Shown here in pieces: positions 18,275 to 27,424 of a DNA stretch of 64,000 nucleotides. Origin of the DNA: a virus (Duplodnaviria > Caudoviricetes); the IMG/VR virus record IMGVR_UViG_3300036802_000003, positions 75,245 through 139,244 of that record. One strand, 5' to 3'. Numbering within the stretch: the first letter of the stretch is position 1; the number at the start of each line of letters is the position of its first letter. Made by a program: the position numbers and the translations under genes. The notes under the pieces are model-generated. The model made no database searches and was not told the origin of the DNA. It saw nothing but the letters and a program-made list of their open reading frames with translations.

Positions 18275-20131
18275 ATGGAACTGTATATAAACATAAGCAA
18301 AGGGATGCACACACTCAACACTGGTAAGCTGACACGTAAGCGTGTAATGGTTAAGGGGAAGAATGGGAGAACGTTCTATCGTATGCAATGGGTGAATCCA
18401 TGGGATGCTAGTACTGGTCATGGTGTGAGGGCAATACACAATGGCAAACAGTTAGATGAGGCAATACGACATGGCATTACCAGACAGCCTAACCTACAGC
18501 AACACCTATCTCATCAAGGTATACACTCAACACTAGACTTAAAGGATAAACTACACTTTGACCATCCTCTGTTCTTACCTGAGACAGAGGAATCATCACA
18601 AGGGGCAATGTTCTTAGCCAACCATATACAGCATGGTAGTCAGAAGTACCTTGGTATGTTTGATAACGACATCTACCAACACTCCAGAGAGATGAGCAAG
18701 ATAGATGACATAACAGGTATGGAAGAGGCTGAACGCATGAGTTCACTAGGGGCTAAGCTACCTAGCTCTTTCCTTGAGACCTTAGATGAAGGCTCAACAG
18801 TGGATATAGGCTGGTCTGTATCTAAGATGAATGGTGCTGATATGGACAGAGCCAAGGAGTTAGCTAAGATGACCTATGGTGAGGACAGTATCCAGTATAA
18901 TGCCATTAAGGATATGGAGCCAGACCCAGATAAGCAAGAGCAAGGGGAACAGAAGGTAGAGCATGTAATAGAGCCTAAGGATGAGAAGCCTGCATACGGC
19001 ACACCAGAGGACTACCGCCCACATTACCATACTCATGATGAGAAGATTAACAACATGACTGAGTGGCGTAGGGAAGCCACTGAGAAGGAGATGCAAGGGA
19101 AGAACAAAAAGGAAGCAATCACCCAGAGTATAGACTTTGATGAGTTGGAGAGTATGGATGAGGATACAGTAGCTGACATGCTAGAAGACCAAGACAAGTA
19201 TGGTGACCTGCATGAGCAACATGAGACAGCAATGAAGCATATGCTTAACAGTCAGCTAGAGGCTGCTAAGGAGTCAGCTAAGGATGTCTTTGGTGAGCTA
19301 TCACCTACAGCCATTGAGCATGTGTTCAGCTCACCTGAAGGTAAGTATACTGCTCACATATCATCCATTAAGCCTGACATAATGAACTTGGGTATGGGCA
19401 AGTATGATGTCAACTGGTCTATGAGTATCAAGCTTAAATCAAAGGATGGATACCATGCTGGTAACATCAACCGTACAGTTGGACGTGACCATGATGGTTC
19501 ACTGGTGGTGCATAACGACTTGCTAGAGGTGGATGAGGACTACCAGAACATAGGCATTGCAAGCAATGTGTATAACAGAAGTGAACAGATGTGGAAGCAT
19601 ATGGCAAAGGGCAACAAGGTTAAGATAAGCATATGTGCTAACATCACAGTAGGTGCTTATGCATGGGCTGACAAGAGCAAGGGCTTTGACTTTGCTGATA
19701 GCTATGAGCTAAAGGCTGCTAGGTCTGAGCTTAAGGACTTCATAAGTAACAACAATTGGGATGAAGAGGAAGTCATGCAAGCCTGTGGATATGAGAATGT
19801 GGATGAGCTAGAGCATGCTTGGGAGTTCGCTGAACTGGATGATGGATACAGGTATGACCTAACACCACATGCCTTTGAGGATATCAAGGGTGATGCCCAC
19901 TTGGGCAAGGCATTCATGCTTACTAGTAAGTCCTCATGGGAAGCTGAGAAGCATATCAATACTGATGGCAAGGCATACCAAGAGCAACTACGTGATGATA
20001 AGGTTGATGACTATCTAGCTGACACAGGGGATGAAGACCTAGACTATCTAGACCTAGATGATGACATGGATGATATCAGTGATGAAGAGCTAGAGCAATA
20101 CTCAAGACTAATGGACAAGGAGAAGATGTAG
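18275..20131 (+). CDS. tagged putative head-packaged protein with C-terminal GNAT acetyltransferase-like domain
   Basis: Start 18275 (MELYINISKG); shared N-terminal tag; EVDEDYQNIGIASNVY = GNAT motif A; paralog of 43536..44849. Confidence 0.6.
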   Translation: MELYINISKGMHTLNTGKLTRKRVMVKGKNGRTFYRMQWVNPWDASTGHGVRAIHNGKQLDEAIRHGITRQPNLQQHLSHQGIHSTLDLKDKLHFDHPLFLPETEESSQGAMFLANHIQHGSQKYLGMFDNDIYQHSREMSKIDDITGMEEAERMSSLGAKLPSSFLETLDEGSTVDIGWSVSKMNGADMDRAKELAKMTYGEDSIQYNAIKDMEPDPDKQEQGEQKVEHVIEPKDEKPAYGTPEDYRPHYHTHDEKINNMTEWRREATEKEMQGKNKKEAITQSIDFDELESMDEDTVADMLEDQDKYGDLHEQHETAMKHMLNSQLEAAKESAKDVFGELSPTAIEHVFSSPEGKYTAHISSIKPDIMNLGMGKYDVNWSMSIKLKSKDGYHAGNINRTVGRDHDGSLVVHNDLLEVDEDYQNIGIASNVYNRSEQMWKHMAKGNKVKISICANITVGAYAWADKSKGFDFADSYELKAARSELKDFISNNNWDEEEVMQACGYENVDELEHAWEFAELDDGYRYDLTPHAFEDIKGDAHLGKAFMLTSKSSWEAEKHINTDGKAYQEQLRDDKVDDYLADTGDEDLDYLDLDDDMDDISDEELEQYSRLMDKEKM

Positions 20132-20296
20132 ATGAGTGATAAACTGAGACAGTTCACAAGTGTTAAGCCTAAGCATAAGATTGAGGGCACAGAGGGATTA
20201 ATCAAGACTAAGGATGGCAAGACAATAAGAGATGACAGCTGGCTCCACCCTAGTGCTGGAGTGAAGAGGAAGAACCCAGAGGTACGGGGTGGGTAG
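20132..20296 (+). CDS. small basic protein (54 aa) with D-x-W-x-H-P motif
   Basis: Hand-translated MSDKLRQF...RDDSWLHPS...; AGGAG SD; immediately after stop of GNAT gene. Confidence 0.6.
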   Translation: MSDKLRQFTSVKPKHKIEGTEGLIKTKDGKTIRDDSWLHPSAGVKRKNPEVRGG

Positions 20297-20598
20297 GCAC
20301 CACCCCCCCCTATCTCTAACCCCCACCCCCTAAAGTTTTCTTTTTTGCCGTAGGTAGGAGTCCCGTTTCCTTTGGGAGTCTCACACCTGCCCCAACCCGA
20401 CCGCCTTACACACCAACTTGTATCTTTTCGCATCCCCACATCACCCCCTACCCCCGACACTCCCCAATATACCCCCACCCACCTTTTCTAACCCCCCCCA
20501 CCCTTATTTTCACCCTATAAAAAAGTACGTCACCTCCTTTTTCGTAGAAAAGAAAACTTTTTTCTTTCGCATTCTTTTTAGTAAGGAGGGAAGAGAGC

Positions 20599-20943
20599 AT
20601 GCCTAACATAAAGTCAGAACCACCTACTCTTAACATTCACGGTATGGATATTCCTATAATCATACCTGGCAACATGAGATTTCAGATAAGGAATAGAACT
20701 GCCTACTTTGAACTGCATAGGATAATGCTACCTAAGGAGCTTATGGGAGTGCTGACCAACCATGTGTGGGCTGAAGGATACTTGAAAGTATTCATCGGTG
20801 TAATGTTTGCAGGAGAAGAGTATAACTATATGTCCTATAGAGGTCACATAGGAATTAGTAGCTACGAAGAGAAATCCGTAGAACGAGATATGTTGGTTCT
20901 AGAACATGTTCACTTTGTATTACATTTGATAGGAGGAGAATAA
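20599..20943 (+). CDS. tandem paralog array member 1
   Basis: LNIHGMDIP...RIMLP. Confidence 0.75.
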   Translation: MPNIKSEPPTLNIHGMDIPIIIPGNMRFQIRNRTAYFELHRIMLPKELMGVLTNHVWAEGYLKVFIGVMFAGEEYNYMSYRGHIGISSYEEKSVERDMLVLEHVHFVLHLIGGE

Positions 20944-20944
20944 A

Positions 20945-21295
20945 ATGGGAATTACTGTTACTGATAAGAGTAGTCTTACTATTAAAGGCGTAGAGATAGA
21001 CCACGAGGGGTTAAGGCTGGAAATGGCACCAAATGGAGGGGCTATTATCCATGTCAAGTCTATAACCTTACCTGAGGGGGACTGGAACCGCATACGAGAA
21101 AGTAAGACAGAGGTCTCTGCTATGCATACTAAGACTGTAGTTACTGACGGTAGCAAAGGGAGCACTTCTATAGCAAACAGAGCATTTACAGGTAAATTAG
21201 CTTCTGCTAGCTACTACTCAAAGCATACATCTGATTACATGGACGTTATCGGAGGGGTTACTCTTCGAGTTAATCCTAGTTGGGTGGTGGAGTAA
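20945..21295 (+). CDS. tandem paralog array member 2
   Basis: LTIKGVEIDH...SITLP. Confidence 0.75.
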   Translation: MGITVTDKSSLTIKGVEIDHEGLRLEMAPNGGAIIHVKSITLPEGDWNRIRESKTEVSAMHTKTVVTDGSKGSTSIANRAFTGKLASASYYSKHTSDYMDVIGGVTLRVNPSWVVE

Positions 21296-21633
21296 TGCAC
21301 GTAACACACAGTGAGCTAACAATTGATGGGCTAGATATACCACACGTGGCTGAAGAGATGCTGATATCAGGCAAGGTGTTTCACGTACAATTTATGGGGG
21401 ATGGTGGAGCTAAGGTATTCAACGATAATCTAACTATCCCTACCTACATCTATGAGAGGCAGGCAGAAGGGTTACCGTTTAAGCTAGTTCGACACTACAA
21501 CTTTGGTGCCACTACAGGCACTATCACTACACAGGGAATGCTTAGATACATCCACTGTGAGGACAGTCACAATCCGACAGAAGGTAGTATTCATCTGTCA
21601 AAAGCTGTCTTTAGAATAGAGGAGGCACTATAA
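21295..21633 (+). CDS. tandem paralog array member 3
   Basis: LTIDGLDIPH...NLTIP. Confidence 0.75.
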   Translation: MHVTHSELTIDGLDIPHVAEEMLISGKVFHVQFMGDGGAKVFNDNLTIPTYIYERQAEGLPFKLVRHYNFGATTGTITTQGMLRYIHCEDSHNPTEGSIHLSKAVFRIEEAL

Positions 21634-21989
21634 TGGAAGTAAGCACGCTAGCAATTGGTGGGTTTAATATACCCCATACTCAAAAGGCTGATTTGGTATT
21701 GGGCAAGCCCTTTTATATTGAAAGAGTACTAGGAGACAGATGGGACATATTCACTCATAGTATTACTCTGCCTGCTGGCTTATATGATAAGATAAATGAG
21801 CCAGGTGGTCGTCAGCACTTTGCCTTACTACACCAAGCATCTCCAGAGGATAAAGAGAACTATACCCTGCATCAGGGATTCACTGAATACTGTGCTGCTA
21901 CTACAGTGGAACGTGACGGAGACAGTGTTCATTTAAAACAAGCACGTTTCCGTATTACTCCATACTTAGGGAGGAAAAGTGATGAGTAA
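21633..21989 (+). CDS. tandem paralog array member 4
   Basis: LAIGGFNIPH...SITLP. Confidence 0.75.
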   Translation: MEVSTLAIGGFNIPHTQKADLVLGKPFYIERVLGDRWDIFTHSITLPAGLYDKINEPGGRQHFALLHQASPEDKENYTLHQGFTEYCAATTVERDGDSVHLKQARFRITPYLGRKSDE

Positions 21990-22296
21990 ATCTATTGTCT
22001 TGTTTGGTACTACTTCTGTCGTTCACAGGGGATGTTCTGTTGAGGTATTGCCTGATGGGGGTGCCTTGGTGAGAGTGGATAGGATGACCATCCCAGCAGA
22101 CCTATGGAACAAGTCCATTTGTGACAGGGACTTTAGGGTAAAGATAATTCTCTCTAAGGAGGAACATGTTGTAGGTACATCAGGTATAGTAACTAGTGCA
22201 ACCTATGACAAGGGAGATGGCATTCAGAACCTAGGAGTAATGAGAAATGTATCCCTTGGCTTGGCACGAGTGATACAATCAGGAGGTGGCAGATAA
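21982..22296 (+). CDS. tandem paralog array member 5
   Basis: VLFGTTSVVH...RMTIP. Confidence 0.7.
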   Translation: MSKSIVLFGTTSVVHRGCSVEVLPDGGALVRVDRMTIPADLWNKSICDRDFRVKIILSKEEHVVGTSGIVTSATYDKGDGIQNLGVMRNVSLGLARVIQSGGGR

Positions 22297-22646
22297 TGGC
22301 TAACCAAGAAGTAGACTTATCCTTCATGCATAGATTTAAGAGAGAAATGGAAGTAGTACCCTCTAACCTATGGTTGGGAGGGGTAGAAATCAAGCATCAA
22401 ATGGAGCCACAAATGATAGACCTTAGCAGCCCTTTATCAACACATGTCAGAATAAAGAGAATGGTTATTCCTACACCAATCATGGATTCTTTTATGAATA
22501 ATGAGATAGTCAGCTTTAAACTAGAGCACACCAGTAATACTCATGCTTTGGAAGGGGAATGTTGCTTACACTCCTGCATGGAGGGTCATGCTAGCAACCA
22601 CTACCGAGCATTAGAAGATGTACTACTAACCGTCAGAGTTAAATGA
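22296..22646 (+). CDS. tandem paralog array member 6
   Basis: LWLGGVEIKH...RMVIP. Confidence 0.75.
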   Translation: MANQEVDLSFMHRFKREMEVVPSNLWLGGVEIKHQMEPQMIDLSSPLSTHVRIKRMVIPTPIMDSFMNNEIVSFKLEHTSNTHALEGECCLHSCMEGHASNHYRALEDVLLTVRVK

Positions 22647-22704
22647 TACGAGGGAGAGGACTTTTGGTCTTCTCCTTCTTTTAATGTGAAGGGAGGGAGA
22701 GACG

Positions 22705-22914
22705 ATGAAGAAGGTGGAAAACATAGAGTGGGCTGGACATTGTGCCGAGTGCTTTACGTGTGGGGCGTTTGCACCTAATATGAAGGAGTTCCACAAGCAA
22801 TTAGACAAAGGACATTGGAGTAAGCGTCCATTAGCAGTAAACAATATGAGAATCAGTCAGCAATATATGCATAACTGTGAGAAAGCAAAGGAGGATAACA
22901 ATGGGCAATTATAA
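22705..22914 (+). CDS. hypothetical Zn-binding protein
   Basis: ORF with SD; CxxC, H, C. Confidence 0.65.
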   Translation: MKKVENIEWAGHCAECFTCGAFAPNMKEFHKQLDKGHWSKRPLAVNNMRISQQYMHNCEKAKEDNNGQL

Positions 22915-23206
22915 AGGAGCGCATCCGTGTCTATACTGGCACTTAAAGCCAGGGTATTTCATGTACATGACTTCTGGTGTGAAGAAACAGATTAAGCTAT
23001 TTGGTATTCCATTATTTAAGGTTAGGAAGTGGGAAATGTTTGAGGTACTAGACACATCAGATAAGCGTGATGGCATGATAACAGTGCACGCTAAAGGTAC
23101 TGAAACTGGCATAGAAATGAAGTTTACTCGTCGTAGCACAGCAGAGACAAGCTATTATGTTATAGAGAAAACTGAAATTATTAAGCAAGGAGTGATTGAC
23201 GTATGA
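22901..23206 (+). CDS. hypothetical protein
   Basis: AGGAGG SD before MGNY. Confidence 0.7.
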   Translation: MGNYKGAHPCLYWHLKPGYFMYMTSGVKKQIKLFGIPLFKVRKWEMFEVLDTSDKRDGMITVHAKGTETGIEMKFTRRSTAETSYYVIEKTEIIKQGVIDV

Positions 23207-23526
23207 GAAAGTCACTAATAGGCTTGGGAGTGTTTGCTTTACTAATAGCTGGGTGCTCTACTGGTGCTGAAGCTAAGAAGAAAGAGAAGGAACGTCCTCT
23301 AATGAGCTACCGTGATAAGCAGTTTAAGAACGATACTGGTCCAGGGTATACCTTTAATAACTGGGTTGTGGACACACGTACAGGTTGCTTAATATCCTCT
23401 GTTGCTTGGGGCAAGGATGATTCAGGGATGACACAGGTTTTAGACCCAGAAGGTAAGCCTGTAGGGTGTTACAAAGCTGGTGGGATGTCTGTAGAAGATT
23501 ACTTCAACCTACCACAGGATAAATAG
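23203..23526 (+). CDS. lipoprotein
   Basis: Signal peptide with lipobox LIAGC. Confidence 0.75.
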   Translation: MRKSLIGLGVFALLIAGCSTGAEAKKKEKERPLMSYRDKQFKNDTGPGYTFNNWVVDTRTGCLISSVAWGKDDSGMTQVLDPEGKPVGCYKAGGMSVEDYFNLPQDK

Positions 23527-23537
23527 GAGGTAAGGAG

Positions 23538-23801
23538 ATGAGCAGAATCATGACACCATTCTTTGGTAAGTGGGATGATAATGAAGACAAGAATACTGTG
23601 GAACCTAAAGAACCTAGCCAACCTAGAAAGCATGTAAATATGTCAGAGAAGGACTTCAGGGTATCAGTATTAAAAGGTCTTGTAGCAATTGAGCATGCAA
23701 TTCGTACTGGTAATAGACACTACTGGGCAAGTGATATGGAGATGGCAGTGCGCATGGCACAGTCTATGAGGGAGGATGATGGTAATGAACAAGGCAGTTA
23801 A
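23538..23801 (+). CDS. hypothetical protein
   Basis: ORF with SD. Confidence 0.7.
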   Translation: MSRIMTPFFGKWDDNEDKNTVEPKEPSQPRKHVNMSEKDFRVSVLKGLVAIEHAIRTGNRHYWASDMEMAVRMAQSMREDDGNEQGS

Positions 23802-24096
23802 GGTACTGGAAGCTCTTATGTATGGTATTGATGTGAAGATGGATGGTCATGAATTAGTCTACTCTAGGGAGCATGAAGGGGTATTCATTAAGGGTGAGAA
23901 GTTTGAGCATGGTCAATTAGTCGAGCAAGGCAAAGGTACTCCAGTGCTACTAAATGCCGACTTTGACCTTAACTATTTCATTCGTAAGTGTGAAGAGATG
24001 CCTGACCATGAGATACTAGGTATCTGTGGCAGTCTTGCACTTACTAAACAGGTTCATGCTAAGAGGAAGCCTAGGAAGGGGGTAGGGGATGAATAA
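23785..24096 (+). CDS. hypothetical protein
   Basis: ORF with SD. Confidence 0.7.
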   Translation: MNKAVKVLEALMYGIDVKMDGHELVYSREHEGVFIKGEKFEHGQLVEQGKGTPVLLNADFDLNYFIRKCEEMPDHEILGICGSLALTKQVHAKRKPRKGVGDE

Positions 24097-24223
24097 GGTA
24101 ACTATTGCCTACTTTGTTGTAGTTGCTGTACTGGTTTGTGCCTTCTTCTACTGCATGGGCAGGTCAGATGGTAACATGGAAATGTATCATAAACTGGTAG
24201 AGGAAGGGCTGATAAAGGAATGA
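24089..24223 (+). CDS. small membrane protein (44 aa)
   Basis: Hand-translated MNKVTIAYFVVVAVLVCAFFYCMG...; overlaps both neighbours. Confidence 0.55.
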   Translation: MNKVTIAYFVVVAVLVCAFFYCMGRSDGNMEMYHKLVEEGLIKE

Positions 24224-24417
24224 AGTACTTCTGGGGTGGTTTTGCTGGTGCTTTCTTGTGTGTAATCGTTAGCTTGGGAACGTGGTCAGTATTAGATTCT
24301 CTGTATGATAAAGGCTATGACAAAGGCGTTAAGGTAGGCATCGAGCAAGGCAAGAAGGATGCTATGAAAGACATTGAACTTAGCTACGATATGTGTGTTA
24401 AGAAGAAAGGGGAGTAA
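24220..24417 (+). CDS. small membrane protein
   Basis: N-terminal TM + YDKG/EQG repeats. Confidence 0.65.
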   Translation: MKYFWGGFAGAFLCVIVSLGTWSVLDSLYDKGYDKGVKVGIEQGKKDAMKDIELSYDMCVKKKGE

Positions 24418-24420
24418 CAC

Positions 24421-24726
24421 ATGCAGGTAATATTTGCATTAGCTTTAGCTGCCTGTATAGGCATGACATACTTCACAGACAACATGGCAGTCATAACCCT
24501 AGTTATTATTATTAACAGTATCTTTGCTCTGTTTGTGCTGAAAAATGAGGATTTAGCCTACCCTTCCACGTTCCTGTTAGTTACAGGGATAGTGGTTGGT
24601 CTGGTTGGAATGTGCCTAGCAATTATACTAGGCAATTACTATCTCATAGTTCTTGCACTACCTTGGAGCGGTCTAGTAGTAAGTAGCTTTATACTAATGT
24701 TTAAAGAAGATAGGAGTGAATGGTAA
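24421..24726 (+). CDS. multi-pass membrane protein
   Basis: Highly hydrophobic, about four TM segments. Confidence 0.7.
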   Translation: MQVIFALALAACIGMTYFTDNMAVITLVIIINSIFALFVLKNEDLAYPSTFLLVTGIVVGLVGMCLAIILGNYYLIVLALPWSGLVVSSFILMFKEDRSEW

Positions 24727-24995
24727 TGAGAACAATGGACATGAAAATAGTAGATGAAAATGGGGTACTGGTAAACAAGCATAGTGATGGAGGTGACCAT
24801 TATGGATGGGAAAACCCATTAGCTTTTGTACCAAGAGAAGGTGAGCTATTGACTCATAAGAGATTTAGTCGAGAAGGAACTGGAGAGGAAAAGACCTACC
24901 GAGTTATTCGGGTGGTATATCACACTGAAGAAGATTATAACCATTCTTATAAGGGTTGGGTTGAGATTCGGGTTAGTGAGGTGACAGGAGCATGA
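24726..24995 (+). CDS. hypothetical protein
   Basis: ORF; VPREGE...YRV..V SH3-like pattern. Confidence 0.65.
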   Translation: MRTMDMKIVDENGVLVNKHSDGGDHYGWENPLAFVPREGELLTHKRFSREGTGEEKTYRVIRVVYHTEEDYNHSYKGWVEIRVSEVTGA

Positions 24996-25345
24996 AGCCA
25001 TTCCTAGGTGAGGAGTTTCATCTAGATAAGAATACAGCTATCACGATGCTTGGAATTAGCCTAAGGTTTTCATCTCGTATGCAACCTGTATATACTAATG
25101 GAATCAACGCTGAACCCCCTAGACAGGTTGACAGTCTTGATGGTCATATAAAGATACAACAACGTAGTAAGGGTAACGAGGAGGTATGTAGGATATTTGG
25201 TAGTGCTCCACGTAGACGCTCTCATCTAGATGTACACGATATATCTATCCGTGAGCTTCCTTGGGAGCTACAAGAAAAGCTAGTAAATACCTGGGCTGAA
25301 GTGGAGAAGTACTTAAAAGATAGGACTAAGAAGGAGGAAGATTAA
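24992..25345 (+). CDS. hypothetical protein
   Basis: ORF, ATGA overlap. Confidence 0.7.
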   Translation: MKPFLGEEFHLDKNTAITMLGISLRFSSRMQPVYTNGINAEPPRQVDSLDGHIKIQQRSKGNEEVCRIFGSAPRRRSHLDVHDISIRELPWELQEKLVNTWAEVEKYLKDRTKKEED

Positions 25346-25578
25346 TGCTGATAGCAAGACTGACTCTACTATTCACTATTCTTGGTATGATGGGTGGAGC
25401 AATATATTTATTTACTCAAGGAGGTATAGGGTACTTCTTTGGCGCTATCTTGATGATAGTAGCAGCCTACTTTGCAGAGGACTTCTATACTGATGAGAGC
25501 AAGAAGCCAGTCATGGTTACTATTGACCCTAAGGGCGACTGGAAACCAGTAAAAGGAGATGACACAAAATGGAAATAA
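25345..25578 (+). CDS. membrane protein
   Basis: Two TM segments. Confidence 0.7.
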   Translation: MLIARLTLLFTILGMMGGAIYLFTQGGIGYFFGAILMIVAAYFAEDFYTDESKKPVMVTIDPKGDWKPVKGDDTKWK

Positions 25579-25886
25579 GAATCCCAGTTAAGAAAGAACC
25601 AGTTAGTAGCACCCCTTTACCAGAGAGGGTTGGAACTATAATAGTAGATGAAGATACTGGACAAGCTTATCTGTTGGCAGTAAACCCTGCCGACCAAAAC
25701 ACTCCATACTTGGCTAGTTTGTACGGAGATAAGTACTGGACTATACAGAGAACTCATTCTGAACCATGTGAACAGTTGTGTTACGGAGATATTGAGAATA
25801 CTCTAGGAACTCCTGAAATCACACTATACACAACAGAAGAATACGTTTTAGACTTGGTAGCAAAGAAAAGACAAAAGCGCTCTTAG
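25569..25886 (+). CDS. hypothetical protein (paralog of 25974..26255)
   Basis: GTIIVD...YLL...IENTLGT...EEYVLDLV. Confidence 0.75.
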   Translation: MEIRIPVKKEPVSSTPLPERVGTIIVDEDTGQAYLLAVNPADQNTPYLASLYGDKYWTIQRTHSEPCEQLCYGDIENTLGTPEITLYTTEEYVLDLVAKKRQKRS

Positions 25887-25973
25887 GAGTGCTTTTTCTT
25901 TTTGTATGAGACTTTTTCCATATAAAGGAAATTAATAATTGCTGGACGATACTTAATTAAGGGAGCGGATTGT

Positions 25974-26255
25974 ATGCAAGTGATTGCACCTAAAGAAACT
26001 GTTGTGTCTCAGATTCCTATTGGTAGTGTTATTATTGACAGTGCTGGGTTCGAATATCTTTTAACTGGACGTATGGCTGAAGAGGTTGGGGAGTATGATA
26101 AAGCTGTCCTACATAGATTCAGTGGTCAAGGTCGCCATGAGTGGGGTCATGACCTATCTAAGCCTGTAGCTCCTGAAGAGATAGAAGGGGCACTGGGTAC
26201 CAGCTTCAAAGTATTCACTCCAGATGAGTATATGTTACAGTTAGTTAAGAAATAG
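25974..26255 (+). CDS. hypothetical protein (paralog of 25569..25886)
   Basis: GSVIID...YLL...IEGALGT...DEYMLQLV. Confidence 0.75.
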   Translation: MQVIAPKETVVSQIPIGSVIIDSAGFEYLLTGRMAEEVGEYDKAVLHRFSGQGRHEWGHDLSKPVAPEEIEGALGTSFKVFTPDEYMLQLVKK

Positions 26256-26340
26256 ACCCCTAGTGGGTCTTTTTCTATGATATGACCTGTGCATTGAGGA
26301 TACGAATTTTATACTTGATTACGAAAAAGGAGGTATTCTC

Positions 26341-26538
26341 ATGCCAAAACCATATCCTGGTTCTAAGTATATTCCTGGTTTAGGAAAGAGTGTCAAAATC
26401 ATGGGTAACGAGATTGATGTACCAAGTGTGAAAACTGCCTTAGGTTTAGGTGGCACACCTGCTAAAATCCTTCCTACTGACATTGACATGGCTAAGCTAT
26501 TAGTTGAACTGGACAAGACTTACACTCGTAAGCCATAA
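26341..26538 (+). CDS. small monocistronic protein, probably late
   Basis: AAGGAGG SD; CGAATTTTATA upstream; own terminator 26549-26582. Confidence 0.7.
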   Translation: MPKPYPGSKYIPGLGKSVKIMGNEIDVPSVKTALGLGGTPAKILPTDIDMAKLLVELDKTYTRKP

Positions 26539-26650
26539 GCCACTTAAAAAGACTACTCTTAAGAGTAGTCTTTTTTATTTTTAAGTATAAAAGAGAAAAG
26601 TTTTAAAAGGTTAATTATTTAATTTTGAATTTAAAGGAGGTATTTTTAAT

Positions 26651-26806
26651 ATGAAAAGTAATAAAGAAATTAAAAGACCTACCCTAAATAGCATTAGAGA
26701 AGAACTTGGTATGAAACGTATAGATTTAAAAGAAGTTCAGTTAGTACAGTCTTACAGTGACCACATTAAGAATTTAAATTTAAACCTACCAGAGAGAAGA
26801 AATTAA
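26651..26806 (+). CDS. microprotein (51 aa)
   Basis: Hand-translated MKSNKEIKRPTLNSIREELGMKRI...; AAGGAGG SD; terminator overlaps the end. Confidence 0.6.
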   Translation: MKSNKEIKRPTLNSIREELGMKRIDLKEVQLVQSYSDHIKNLNLNLPERRN

Positions 26807-26851
26807 GCTCTCTGGTTTTTTCATTTTGAAAGCCCAAAGGAGGAATGATTT

Positions 26852-27229
26852 ATGAATCCAAACTATCCATTTAATGACAGTGCAGACAGAGTGTGGGGTT
26901 GTATTAACTACAAGAATTATAACAACGGTGTATGGGTTATTACTATCGAGTACAAAGAGTTAGAAGAGTCAAAGGGTAACCGATTAGCAGTAACTTTAGG
27001 GACTAAAGCAGAAACAATTAACTATATTGCCAGCCTATCCATACCAGTTGAAAGCCCTGCAACTATAACAAGTATTGTTCATATTCAGAACAATGGTGCC
27101 ATCTTCCGTTATGCACTTACTATTGATGACGAAACAAACACATTTGGCTTACTGGAGACAACAAGATTATCATGTGCAACTACTTCAGTAAGACCTACTG
27201 CACCAAGAAATCCTAACAAGAATGACTGA
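26852..27229 (+). CDS. hypothetical protein
   Basis: ORF with AGGAGG SD. Confidence 0.7.
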   Translation: MNPNYPFNDSADRVWGCINYKNYNNGVWVITIEYKELEESKGNRLAVTLGTKAETINYIASLSIPVESPATITSIVHIQNNGAIFRYALTIDDETNTFGLLETTRLSCATTSVRPTAPRNPNKND

Positions 27230-27247
27230 ATAACAGGAGAGACAGAA

Positions 27248-27424
27248 ATGATAGACAAAATAATCCTACTAGTAATCGGACTAGTGACGTTAACATCAGG
27301 AATAGTAATGAGTTACTTTGATACAGGTTTAGCAAGAGCAATCGGCATACTGATTGTAGCTTGCTGCCTGTGTCTTTTTGCAATCACCATACTGTATGGG
27401 TGGGGTAAACGTGAAAGAAAATGA
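27248..27424 (+). CDS. small membrane protein (58 aa)
   Basis: Hand-translated MIDKIILLVIGLV...; two TM segments. Confidence 0.55.
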   Translation: MIDKIILLVIGLVTLTSGIVMSYFDTGLARAIGILIVACCLCLFAITILYGWGKRERK

